Shown here one piece after another: positions 27,854 through 39,967 of a stretch of 64,000 nt of DNA. The position numbers were made by a program, and so were the translations under genes. The stretch is from contig OZ316895.1 in the NCBI GenBank assembly GCA_973895155.1, forward strand, positions 13,503,186 through 13,567,185, read 5' to 3'. The stretch is from Marsupella aquatica (Eukaryota; Plantae; Marchantiophyta). The notes beneath the pieces were generated by a model. That model was not told the DNA's origin. It worked only from the letters and a program-made list of their open reading frames with translations, and made no database searches. The first letter of the stretch is position 1; the number at the start of each line of letters is the position of its first letter.

Positions 27854-28057
27854 AACTCTCCCTTGACTCTAGTCTTGGGGACTGCAATTTCTACTATCCA
27901 TATGAGATACTCAGCGGGAAATTCTAGACAATCACCTAAAACCATAGGTGTCCCCCTAAAAACCATTTAAGGTTAACTAAGGGTTAACTAGAATTAAGCC
28001 GTAGCCATAACTGGATTGAGTAACCCATATACAGAAATTACATATTGTTAAGTTACT

Positions 28058-31000
28058 CTACTTGTGCTGCAAATGCAAAACCTGCAAAGTAGCACGGTGT
28101 CTTGAGTAACTCTCCAAAGGAATCACTTTGGTAAAAGCATCGGCCGGGTTGAGTTTTCCATCAATCTTGACTAGCTCAAACATTTTATCAGACACTGCTT
28201 GCCTAATAAAATGGTACCTGATGTCAACGTGCTTCACCATGCTATCCATAACCTGGTTAATAGCTAGATGAAGCGCACTCTAGCTGTCACAATGAAGAAC
28301 ATTTTTTCATGCTCCAATCCCATCTCAGTGACCAGCTTATCCAACCAAATTGCTTCCTTTGCTGCTTCTGCTGCTGCAACATATTCTGCTTCTGTAGTAG
28401 ACTGAGATACACACTTCTGCAAGGTAGATCTCCAACTTATGCATCCTCCTCCAAGAGTAAACACATACCCAATCGTTGACCTCCTTGTTTCCAGACAACC
28501 TCCGTAGTCAGAATCTACATAGCCAACCAAAGATTTGGTTTTGTTTGATCTACTATCAAATAACAGACCATAGTCTATGGTGCCCTTAAGATACCTGAGA
28601 ATCCACTTCACAGCCTCCCAGTGTACCTTCCCTGGATTTGACATGAATCTACTCACTTTGTCCATTGCTAGGGCTAGATCAGGTCTGGTACATGTCATCA
28701 AATACATTAGACTGCCCACTGCCTTCTCATAAGAAACCTTAGTCATCAAGCCTCTCTCCACTGGATTCGTGGGGCAGAAAGCCGATGATAACTTGAAATG
28801 TGGAGCCAAAGGAATACTTACTAGCTTACAATTCTCCATGTTGAATTTTGCAAGTACCTTTTCAGCATACTTACCTTGATTCAGCCACAACTGTCCAGTC
28901 TCAAAGTTCCTCGTAATCTCCATACCTAAGATCCTTTTGGTTTTCCCAAGATCCTTCATTCGAAATTCAGAACTCAGTTTTGCTTTGAGTTTGTCAACCT
29001 CAGATTGATCCTTAGCCACAATCAACATGTCATCCACATAGAGCACCAGAATGAGCAAACCAAACACACCATTCTTGACCAATTTTGTATACACACAAGG
29101 GTCATACACCATCCTAGTGAATCCTTGTGCAAGCATGAAATCATCAAACCGCTTGTTCCATTGCCGAGGAGCTTGCTTCAATCCATACAAGGACTTAAGC
29201 AACCTGCAAACTAAACTCTCTTGGCCCTTCTTCACAAAGCCCAGTGGTTGTCTCATGAAAATTTGTTCCTCCAAGGTGCCATAGAGAAATGCAGTAACAA
29301 CATCCATTTGATCTAACACCAGATCAAAAAACACAACAAGTTGACACAAAATTCGTATCGTGGAATACTTGGCAACTGGAGAGAAGACCTCATTGTAATC
29401 CACTCCCTTCTCCTGAGTGAATCCCTTAGCAACAAGCCTTGCCTTGTATATCTTGTCTCCTCCATCTGAAGAGTTATCCTTCAGCTTATAAATCCACTTG
29501 CTATCCACCACTTGTTGATCATTTGGCAGTTGCACCAGCTCCCATGTTTTGTTGTCACTTAAAGATTGCAACTCCCTCTGCATCGCTACATTCCATTCAT
29601 CTTTCTCGTCTGAAATGCACGCCTCATGATATGAAGAAGGTTCTCCTTCTTCCAAGATCAGTGCTATGTCATCATCATCAGGTGCAATGTCAACATCATC
29701 TAACCTTGATGAATCTATCCATTGTCCATACCTTGTAGGAGCTCGAGTAGTACGTCTTGATTTTCTAGCTGATGATTCTGGTTGATCTTGCTCTGTTGGT
29801 CGAATTTGAGGTATTCCAACAACAACCTGCTCCTCTTGTTCCATCACCGGAACCAACTCCATTATCGGAGCACCTCCTTCAACTATGTCATAAAAACCCT
29901 CATGACCAATCTCCCCCTCAACATGGTCCAGGATAGGAGATTTACCTTTGTCAGTACGGGAAGTCTGAGCATTCTCCCCCTCCTTTGATGATCTAGATTC
30001 ATTAAAGGATATATCTCTACTGACAAGCAACGTACAAGCTTCTGGATCCCATAGCCTGTAACCTTTCACACCTGGTTGATAACCAAGCAAAAGACACTTC
30101 TTGGAAGTAGAATCTAGTTTAGATCGATTCTGCTTAGGTGTGAGAGCATATGCATCACTTCCAAAGACTCTCAAAACCTGATAGTCTGCGTGCCGTCCAT
30201 ACCTCATTTCAAACGGCGTCTTGAAATTGATTGCACTTGAAGGAGAAAGATTTACTAAATAAGTTTTTGTATTTACAGCTTCAGCCCAAAATTCATGCGG
30301 TAAACCTGATTGGCTCAACATACTCCTTGATCGCTCCAATAGTATTCGGTTTAGCCGCTCACAAACACCATTCTGTTGAGGAGTATAAACTGTCGTGAGA
30401 TGACGAGTAATCCCTTGCTCTGCACAATATAGTTCAAATTCACTTGAACTGTACTCCCCACCGTTATCTGATCGCAGATATCTCACCTTGGATCCAGTCT
30501 AATTCTCAATTTGGGCTTTTCACTTCTTTAAAGTGCCAAAAACTTCAGACTTTGCGTGTAGAAATGTGATCCACACATACCGTGAGTAATCATCAATGAA
30601 CGTGACATAGTACAATTTTCCAGAAAGTGAGGGAGTTGGGGCGGACCCCACACATCACTATGTACATACTCAAGTATAGCTTTGGTATTGTGAGTTTCAA
30701 CACCAAAGGTTCTCCTGTGCTGCTTCCCAAGCACACAGTGTTCACAAAAATCTAGCTTAGTAGATTCCAAATTAGAAAGAAGTCATTTCTTGCGAAGTAC
30801 CACCAAACCCTTTTCACTCATGTGTCCCAATCTGCAGTGCCATAACTGAGTCATCTCGCCTTGAGATCTAGTTACATTGGCTTCTTCACAAATCACGTTG
30901 CCCTCCAACAAATATAGATTCCTGTGCCGCTTACCCTTCATGACAACCTTGCCTCCGGTTGACACTTGAAGAATATCATCAGCAGAACTCCACCGACATC

Positions 31001-32183
31001 CATTTGCTTCCAGCATTCTAAGAGAAATCAAGTTCTTTTTCATGTCAGGTATGTGTCTGACATTACTCACTGTTCGCACAGCTCCATCAAACATCCAAAT
31101 TTTCACGGATCTAATTCCAACAATTTGACAAGGATGATCATTTCCCATCAACACGGAACCGGTTGATACTGAGTAAGAAGTAAAAAACTCTTTCATACAA
31201 CAAATATGATAGGTACAGGCACAATCTAAAATCCATTCATCACCGTTGTTACTGGATGAAATGCAAAGGGCAACATCTGGACTTCACAAGATTTCATCAT
31301 CAAGCAAGTCAATCATATCAACATCAGTGGCTGCGTTCGCTGATGGTTGATGAGTCTGCTTGACTCGACAGTCTCGTTTCATGTGGCTAGGCTTGTTACA
31401 TTTCCAGCATATAATTGGTTTCTTTTCTAGAGATTTCTCTCTAGACCTGGATCTAGACTTAGACCGAACCTTCTCCTTGCCTCTATTCCGTGAGGGGTAT
31501 GTTTGTGAAAAAGACCTGTTTTTGCCAGTCATCCGTTGTTGAGTCCTCCCGCGGTTCACATTCAATGCACTACCAGATGAAGATGGTGTATGGGCATGAT
31601 CCAGTTTCTTCTGTGCATCATCTGACAGCAAAGAGCTTACCACCTCATCATATGAAATGGTTTTGAGGTCTCTATACAAGAGAACCTGCTCCAAACCTTG
31701 ATACGATGGGGGTAAGGAACTGAGAAGAAGCAATGCCTTATCTTCATCTTCCACTTCCTTGCCAAGATTTGACAAATCTACAGCTAGGCTATCGAATTCA
31801 TCCAAGTGATCTCGAAGCTTGCCTCCTTTTAGCCTCAAGCTCATCAAGAGAGACTTCTTGTACAACCGATCTGAGGCATCCTCTCGATAGTACTTCTCTC
31901 TGAGGGCCTTGAATAAGGTTACGCAATCCTCGTAGTCGTCCAACTTCTTAATGATATGTGGCTTCAGATACAGCATAACCGCATTCACAGCGATCACTTG
32001 CTCCTGCCTTCATTTTCTCAACGGGATCTCCTCCTCACTATTAGACTCCTATCGAGTCGATAATAGATGATCTAGGCCCATAGCACGAAGAATTCCGTTA
32101 ACCTGCTTCTTCCATAGCAAATAATCCGTGCGCCCATCATACTTTTCCACCTCAAACTTGACACCTCCAAACTTGGATGCCAT
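28058..32183 (-). pseudogene. Copia Gag-Pol polyprotein (gag, protease, integrase, RT, RNase H) with stops and frameshifts
   Basis: MASKFGGVKFEVEKYDG start at 32183. Zn knuckle CWKCNKPSHMKRDC; protease WILDCACTYHIC; LWHCRLGHMSEKG; CEHCVLGKQ; HSDVWGP; LRSDNGGEY; PQQNGVCER; YKARLVAKG; QMDVVTAFL; LYGLKQAPRQW; LYVDDM; GYVDSDY; STTEAEY; KHVDIRYHFIR. Split over six ORFs. Confidence 0.95.
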
Positions 32184-34145
32184 CGTTGTCCTCCCGACGT
32201 TCTCCACGTGCTATTTCTTTGTTGATCCCTATATCCTTTTGTCGCTTTTTCCTTCCTTCCGTCCCGTTGACTCAAATCCAAATCATGAAAAAATGTCGTT
32301 TTTCACAACTTTCCAAAAAACTTGAAACTTGTCACTGCCATGTAGCCCACCAGCCTAGCAAGCCAATGCTGAAATCCGAAATTGAAACCGAGTTCCGACG
32401 AAAAACTTTTTCACGTTTCGGTCGAGGTGGGTAAAACTCAAAAAATTCTCCCTCGTTTTGACCACCTCGGGGAATAAGAAAAATTCCAAGTACCACCCGT
32501 CGTCAGAAATGCAAATCAAGTGGTGCACCGCGTTGCTAGCTTCAGTGGCTACGTCCTCGCCAAAAAAGATCCGAAAAAAGTTACCGTTCGGATCTTGGAA
32601 TCTTCGACTAAAGGCCAAAAAACAGCTCTCTGTTTTTTCGGAATATTCCTTGGACTGTGCGGCAGGTCTCACAGGGGGCCGTTCCCCCTGTTGGAGCGGT
32701 TAATTCGGAGGGCAGCAGGTCCCGGGAAGCGGCACAACCAATGAGATGAAGAAGGAAAAATTAAAAAATTGAGCCTAAAGGGGGTTTAAGCCCCTTTAAC
32801 ATCTAAATACTGTCTACGCGAGACGGGCCAGGCAAGATACAGGGCGTCGAGGAGGGCGTATGGCCAGTACGCGCGACTGTTGCCGGTCGCAGCAGGGCCG
32901 GCTGTCTGGAAGAAAAAATGCGGCGGGCGCGGGCAGGTAGAGGCGTATGCGCAGGGCGGGGGCAGACCGCGGGCTTCAGGCGGCAACCGGAGGGTCGCGG
33001 GCGGGGTACGAAGCGCCGGCCGGCGCTGCAGGCCGCGTCCACGGCTGGTGTATTCGGCAGGAAGGGAGGAGTAAGTGCGGGGGTATGCGGGCTGGCCCCG
33101 TGTGTTATACACACACGATGATGGTGTGTGTTTAAACACACACAAGAGGTTTAACCCCCTTAAAAGGCAAAAAATTGACCCTAAAAAAAAGTTTCCCTTT
33201 TTACACACCTTGCCACTTGGTGAAGAAAAATGCCGCCGACAGGAAAAATTTGTTATTTTCTAAATAAATGAATTTTTCCCTGGTAACAATAGTTTAGGCT
33301 ACCCTCTTTCGTTTTATGATGAGAATAAACAATGCTTGTAGTGTTTGAACGATATATAAAAAAAAATACAGGTAATGTGAACAACATCAAACAAAAGAAC
33401 TCCACATCTAGACATTTACTTCGTGAAATGGCTCATGCATGTCTATAATAAAACTTTTTTTATTTTGAATTCAATGATAATTTAACTTTCCAAATTTTTC
33501 CTCCTTGCCGTCAGCAGGTCCAGCGGCACAAAACCTTTGTTGCGTCTCCCTCGCTTTGCGTCAAGTGCCAATCCCGGACTTAAAACGACCACCTCACCGC
33601 AATCTCTCCGTTGAACCGTTGCACTTCGCATTTCTTCCTCCAAGTCGGACGCAACGAAAAGAAACCCCGATTCAGTCAAAAGAAAACTCCATAGCCGGTC
33701 AGAAACTCAGAACGGCTCTTTTGCTCGGTACGTCGCACTCGCTACACCCTCGACAGCAAACTAGCTACCGAAACGATCATCTTCGCCCGATCTACGATGT
33801 GAGCTATAGGTTGTGACGCCTCACCCACCGCAAAGCTCACACCATCGAGTAAACAATCTCAGGTCCCCCCCCAAAAGAACTGTCAAAGAAAACCGTCGAA
33901 CACGAATCACATTTCACCAAAAAATCCAGAACGATGAGAACTTCGATTCCTTCACACCACGAACTCCAATCAGTGATTTTTTCGCACCGTTAGATAGCCC
34001 TTGCCCCGATCTATCCGTTGAGCTCAACACCTCCAAGTTTCATGCGACGGAACTCTGTGAAATCCACCGACTCTAACCGCTGGAAAAACCATCACCAACA
34101 CGTCACGAAATTTTGATCGTCACCTCAACGTCACCTCCCAGGCTT

Positions 34146-34157
34146 GCTCTGATACCA
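34146..34157 (-). other. Primer binding site for initiator Met-tRNA
   Basis: GCTCTGATACCA on +, which reads TGGTATCAGAGC on -, 2 nt from the 5' LTR. Confidence 0.93.
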
Positions 34158-34159
34158 AT

Positions 34160-34483
34160 TGTTGAACTAAGACGTCATTCGCAACGACCATGACTTATTC
34201 CATGCACACGTAGTCGACACAATCTCTACGTGGTTCACCTCTTCTCCAAGGCTATGTCCACATGAACACTCAAGCTTTACTTCAAGAGTAAACGAACACA
34301 CATGCTCTCCCTCTTCCTCAAGTTGCTCCGTTATATTGAGTAAGCACCACACACCAGCGGTTTACACTAGCCTTGGTATATACAAGGTCACACACGACTA
34401 ACCTAACCTCAGCTAAGACGCTAACTGTGGTTAGCCTAAGTGCCGTAACTTTTGAGTCACAAGACTAAGAGCAATCCTTAACA
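34160..34483 (-). repeat. Copia 5' LTR (324 bp)
   Basis: TGTTGAACT...CCTTAACA, adjacent to the PBS. Confidence 0.95.
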
Positions 34484-35719
34484 CTCCCTGGATGGCCTAT
34501 CCAGGCCTGAACCATAAGGGAGATCGGCGTCGGAGTCAACGACGCAGAAACTAAGTGTTAAGGTAGTCGAGTTCCGCGACTCCCATAAACCCGAGGCCTT
34601 CTCCCTGACCAGGAAATAGGAGAAATTGTTTTACATGAGTGTCTGCAGTGTTGTCAAGTTGGAGAGTCTTGCTAGCCTTTGAAAGACTCTTGCTAGTCCT
34701 TGAAAGACTTATGCTACGGTAGCCCTTGAAAGCTTCATGCAACCCTTGTGACTGGGAGCCCTTGTGACTGGGAAAATGGGAGAAGTGGTTGTCATATGGC
34801 TGTCATAATCCCCAAACCATACTTTTGACCCGGAAGAAATGTCTCATATTAGTGTATATGAGAAATGCTGTTGTTTCCATGATCTGTTGACGCTTGATAT
34901 ACGCACGAATTTTCATAGTACAAAAGAAATGTCATTGGCTCAGGTATACTGATGGAAGGAAGATTAATTTGGTAACCAACCCTCACTGACTGAATGACTG
35001 ACTGGCTCGGAGAGAGCCCTTGACCCCTTGTTGTAATTAATTTGAACTGTTCTTCGGGCTCCACGAGACCATGATCCCCTGCCGAGTGGCTGTACTGGGT
35101 TGTACAGTACTGGAGTTACGCTCTTTTAAAAGGACTACCCAGCCAAAGGGTGACTCATGTTACAGTAAGGGGGTGACTGGGTGCGGGAATCGGCGGTCAT
35201 TACGACCCTCTTCAGTCTAGAATCGCCACCATCATCATCGTCGATCGAAGCATCATCAGCGATAGCAAGACATTATGCTATCCGGATCTTGAAGTGTTTC
35301 GTGAGGTGGAGTTAATGACGATATCCTTCTCTCAGAAATTATTACTGTACTGAACGGAGCGCAATAGCGCATGACAGGAAACATCATCCATTCATCAGGA
35401 TTGCATTGGACTGGCTGGACTCATTAGGCATGAATCTGGACTCCCACGTCAAGTCATTACGAAGGCCCAAGAGAGAGAGACACAGCAGCGGCCGGCCGGC
35501 CATCAGTACAATTTTTTTAAGTCGTAGGCAAAAACTGAGTGGATAAATTAATGACCGACCCCAGGCGGGGTTGCAAGATACGGCAAGTTATGGTACTGTT
35601 GCTGCTGTAGTGTACTTCATACGGTTTCAAGCTCCGGTATAGTCGTCTGGGTGTTTTACCTGCTTGTGTACTCTTACTGCAGTCTGCGATTTGATGGATT
35701 CCATTCTGTTCAACTCAAT

Positions 35720-35906
35720 CCAGCTCAAGAAAAGCATCCATGATCACTGAACCTCGTTACATTGATTTCCATACAATTACTGAGCCCAGCTCAAGAAAAA
35801 CATCCATGTTCACTGATCCTCGTTACATTGATTCCCGTACAATCACTCAACCCAGCTCAAGAAGAACATCCATGATCACTGATACTCGTTACATTGATTC
35901 CCATAC
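35720..35906. repeat. Tandem repeat, ~3 x 66 bp
   Basis: CCAGCTCAAGAA..CATCCATG.TCACTGA..CTCGTTACATTGATT at 35720, 35786 and 35852. Confidence 0.9.
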
Positions 35907-38900
35907 TATTGTAAACAATCGAAACCCTCAACGCAAGCTTCTGGAAATATTTTGGCCATTCAGGTCAGCTCAACGGGCCAATAAACTTTCCCATTTCTAT
36001 TTTCCACTTGTTTGCATACAAGACTCCCTTCAATTTCCTATGCTCGATGAAAGAATCCCTTATCCTCGATTCCATGCCCTGCTGTGCCGTTGTGCAGAAC
36101 TCCGCTCAACGCAGGACGTAAGTGACCCAGTTCTTCAGTCCCATGCAACTCGAGGCAAGTATGCATCAGATCCTACAGGAGTTCCATTCCTGAACTCAAT
36201 TCAATCTCAGGATGAACGTGGTATTAATTCGCGATTGATATGTCAGGTCAACAAGAATTCTATCGATTCCATTCAAACCCAACCAACTCAATCCCAAGAC
36301 AGACTCGAAACAGCACTCCTGTAATTATGGAGGTAACGAGGGCAACAAAGACAAGCCTCACCAGCTCTCCCTGATTCCAAATCAATTCAACCCAATCCAA
36401 CCGAGTCAATTTTATAAACAAAGTAAGAATAAATTAGAAAATTATTTGTAATTTGTATCTCATTTTTGTTTGGTTGATATTGTAAATCTCAAAGCTAGGT
36501 TGGCATGCACTTTTATTCTCTTGAACTGTAATACAAAATTCTATCAAGTGCAAAAACATACAATGAGGGGGAAGCTTGCCAAGTGAGACACAGCCCGGTG
36601 GAGAAATTAAAAAAAAAACCTATTATCCTTCTACAAGTAGACTGAAGTTCACCTACTAGAAGTATACTAACTTAGGTCTTCTCGCCTAATCGAGCATGAT
36701 CAAACTGTGAGGAAATGAGAAATCCCCCATACACCAGTGAGAATGCATGTAAAATGAACAGAATTCAGCAGACAAAGCGCCTAATCATTGGAAGATGTCC
36801 TGCTCCAGGACGATTTTCCCTTTCTAAAAAGAAAAGCTGGAAAAACCTAGGGTGGGAATTTCCTCCTCCCTCAAAAACGAAAAGAAAACAAGCTACAAGA
36901 AAACACCAAAGGAGGCTTTTGGCATGAGATTTGAGAAGAGGGCCTTTTGCATGAGTGAAGTGGAGCAACAATGAGTGAGACAACGTTACCAACGGCTTGA
37001 CCAAAACACGAGGGAAGCTCCTGATTGTCCACCCTTCCAACCCCATCAATCAGGCAGCATGATTGGCTGATTGCTCGTGACACCAGAGGTGTTGAATCGC
37101 CCAGACAAACTCAGCAGTAGGCCGGCACTTTTTCAGGTCAGGGAGGCCTTTAGAGAGTTGCTGTCGCACCTAACTCCAACCAAATTTATCATTGGAAAAA
37201 GAAATATCAAGGGGAAAATGGAAGCGACTAGAAGAGAAAGCAGCCCTGCAATGATACTTCCAATAAGTTGAGGCCTGGATGGACGAGCCCCATTCAACCG
37301 CCATGGATTGGATGGTGACACCCTTTACACTTTCACTGATTGACACCTTTCTCATTTCTGAAAAGTTTTTTAACAGCAAAATTTGAGTTTCAATATCTCT
37401 CGTGATATCCAATGGATTCAGAAGGAGGAAAGATATTTTCAAAGAGTCTAATATGGCTAGCTTCCATGAAGAGTTGCGAAAGCTATGAATCTCTTGAACT
37501 CATTCCACTATCCACATTTGCACTGTGAAAAGTTGTTTAATAACTAACTTTGATATCAATATTTCGCCCTATATCCAATGGAATAGAATGGTTTGGGGCG
37601 TCTTAGAATAGCCTTGGAAAGATCTCGTCAAAGAACCAAATGTGGATTGGTTCTTTGAGAAATTCCATTGAGAAATGAGACACCCTACTATTTCCAAAGA
37701 TGGATTTAAAACTTTCTTGTCACATTTTAGTCACAGGTGTAATATGTAACACATAAGCAGACAAGAGGGTTTCCCTACAGTCCACCCCGGTTGCAACAGT
37801 TCATTTGAGCCCTTGGCAAACTCCGTCCATAGGGGCTTCAATTTCATTCTACTCTCAAATCCCTAGGTTGACTTCGCTACAAATTCAAGAGTCTATTGTG
37901 TCATTTCACTCATAGGTGTAACATGCACCGCATGAAGCTTCATCTTCTCTACTTTCAAATCCCAAGAATTCAATTTAGCTTTGCTACAAATCCAAAAGTT
38001 TATTTTGTCAGACATGTCAGGCCTCTGATTGATGGCATGCTCCCCATAAAATGCGCCAGACACATGTCCCACAACTCATCAATTGAATGATACAAACTCT
38101 TCAACTGTAGTGAACTAGTGACTATTGTGGGTGTGAGACTGTCGAGAGAGCCTTTTATGGGCCTGAAACGAGCACTTTACCGAGCAATGAAGAGTCAAAC
38201 AGGTGGTCAGAAAGAGAGAAATTAATGAGAATAGAAAATGGGCCCTGCGGCCCTGCCTGAATGAAATTGAGGGTCGGTAGTGGAACGGTATCTCGTTTTG
38301 ACAGTTCGATGCCAGCCCGATTCAATGCGCGCACCTTTCGGAACGATTATTGGTTCGAGCGAGCAAAGCCGATGGTTCTCGCCATCTCCTCCCGTACTCC
38401 CGTAGCTTGTAGCATCATGCATTGATTTCATTTTGTACTCTCATCAGCGTACTACTACTGAATTCAGAGTCAACTGATCGGTCCGTCCATCTGTGGGTCA
38501 CTCACTCACAGACTCACTCGATCAGTCAGAGACAAACCGAGATCTAAATTACACAGAGCGCTGAATGGTGATTTGGTTAGTGACCGACCGACCGACACAT
38601 AGAACGACCGACTCTTTTGGACAGATCAACTGATTGCGCATTGGGCATGCGGCCATCGATTCGCATCGCTTACAGCATTGTCAGCTGGGAATGTTGCGCT
38701 GAGTTGAATGGAATCCAGTTTCAACGAGACGTCGGGACTCGGGCCGCCAGCGATAAATTGTATTGCATGGGGGATGCGAAATTCGGAGTCCGAAACAACA
38801 CCGGTCTCGAGGAAAGGAGCCGCAATGGTAAAGATTATTGGAGTCCTGATTTGGAACCGATCGAGGTCGCTTTTTCTTTTTAGGGACAAAAGAGCGGAAT

Positions 38901-39043
38901 CTCTTTTTACGTCACAAAAGAGTGCAGTTTCCATAGGGAATCTCTTTACGGGAGAGCTCCGTGGGTGTGCACCTTTCCGCAATCCTCGCTAATGGAAGGG
39001 AAAGAAAGGACCGCCAGCATTGCTGTCTTTCTCGGTGCCCCTG

Positions 39044-39142
39044 TTTCTTTGCGAAACCTTCTGAAAGTCCTACTGGGAGAGCATCTCCAAACTTTTCTTT
39101 GCGAAACCTTCTGAAAGTCCTACTGGGAGAGCATTTCCAAAC
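39044..39142. repeat. Tandem duplication, 2 x 50 bp
   Basis: TTTCTTTGCGAAACCTTCTGAAAGTCCTACTGGGAGAGCAT[C/T]TCCAAAC occurs twice. Confidence 0.9.
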
Positions 39143-39910
39143 GTTAGTGGGGTTTGGGGGGGGGGGGGGTTGGCAGGGGCATAATGCTTTGTTATTGATG
39201 CACCAGAAATGTATGCTCTATGTGAAACTAATGCTTATGATGGTTCCGTGTCTACATTGTGATCCATTTGACCATTGTCATACCTGAACGAATCTCTAAA
39301 TAGTTTAGTAGTCAACATTAATGACTGGGTTTTTGTAACAGATTTGGGGGAAAATAAGAGAGGCAACTAAAACTCATGAAGTTTAAACCTAGTGCGTGTG
39401 AGCTTGACCTCAACCAAGCAATACTAAAAGATTAGTTCATAGAGATTTAAATCCCACTAGATATTTGTGCTTGGCCCCAACAATACAGGGTAAGGGAAGT
39501 CGTCATAGACACAAAGGTTGGTTTTGGAGACGTGGAGGAACATCCTGAAAGCAAGACTTGTAACACAGGAGCACAGTACTAATTTAATGCTACGGGATGC
39601 TATTTTAATTAATTTAACAAAGTAGAGAAGAGTGTGTGTACATTAACCCTGGCCTGTTTTGGTCTGGTCCTCGTTCCCTATATTTTGAAGTTTACTTCCC
39701 ATGTAAGTAGCAAAGCGTTCCCATCAAATATATTTAAAACAAAATCTTCAACCTGTATACGAGGATAGGGTCAGGAACATACAGCATATACTCACAACTG
39801 TCTGCCTTCCGAGGTAGTGGTGAGTGGCAGAAAATACAAGAGAGGAAGGGAGGAGGGAGCACAACATATATTTTAGTATGATTTTTGGAGACAATCATGA
39901 TTCGCTCAAT

Positions 39911-39967
39911 CTTCATGTGACCCAAGTCAATCGTCATGTGACCCAATTCAATCGTCATGTGACCCAA
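39911..39967. repeat. Tandem repeat, ~3 x 21 bp
   Basis: TCATGTGACCCAA.TCAATCG units, with a further partial copy at ~40048. Confidence 0.85.

Larger units (their letters stand above)
27552..34483 (-). mobile_element. Full-length Ty1/Copia LTR retrotransposon (Tnt1-like), coding region decayed
   Basis: TG...CA LTRs at 27552-27853 and 34160-34483, TSD CTCCC at 27547-27551 and 34484-34488. PBS TGGTATCAGAGC (tRNA-iMet) at 34146-34157 on the minus strand, PPT AAGGGAGAG next to the 3' LTR. The empty site TAAGTC-CTCCC-TGGATG is preserved in the inner AGT element. Confidence 0.97.
24663..34581 (-). mobile_element. Outer copy of a ~1.49 kb element with AGT...ACT termini (probable non-canonical solo LTR), split by two nested insertions
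   Basis: Its own sequence is 24663-24998 + 26490-27551 + 34489-34581 (~1491 bp). It begins AGTGATGGACCTCG and ends CGAGTTCCGCGACT (imperfect ~14-bp terminal IR), with 5-bp TSD CCCAT at 24658-24662 and 34582-34586. Strand is inferred from the TATA-like motif. Confidence 0.85.

Noticed and set aside
35720-35906. CRISPR-like array (also considered for 13125-13930)
   Set aside because: Units are repeated along their whole length with no unique spacers, there are no cas genes, and the context is eukaryotic.
35740-36324. 194-aa ORF with repeated TEPRYID motif
   Set aside because: Produced by a 66-bp tandem repeat that keeps frame; the rest has no protein-like features.
36700-37700. Possible decayed LINE fragment
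   Set aside because: Composition is suggestive, but no diagnostic motif could be read.
39380-39460. tRNA-derived SINE-like A/B boxes
   Set aside because: The boxes are too degenerate, with no cloverleaf, tail or TSD.
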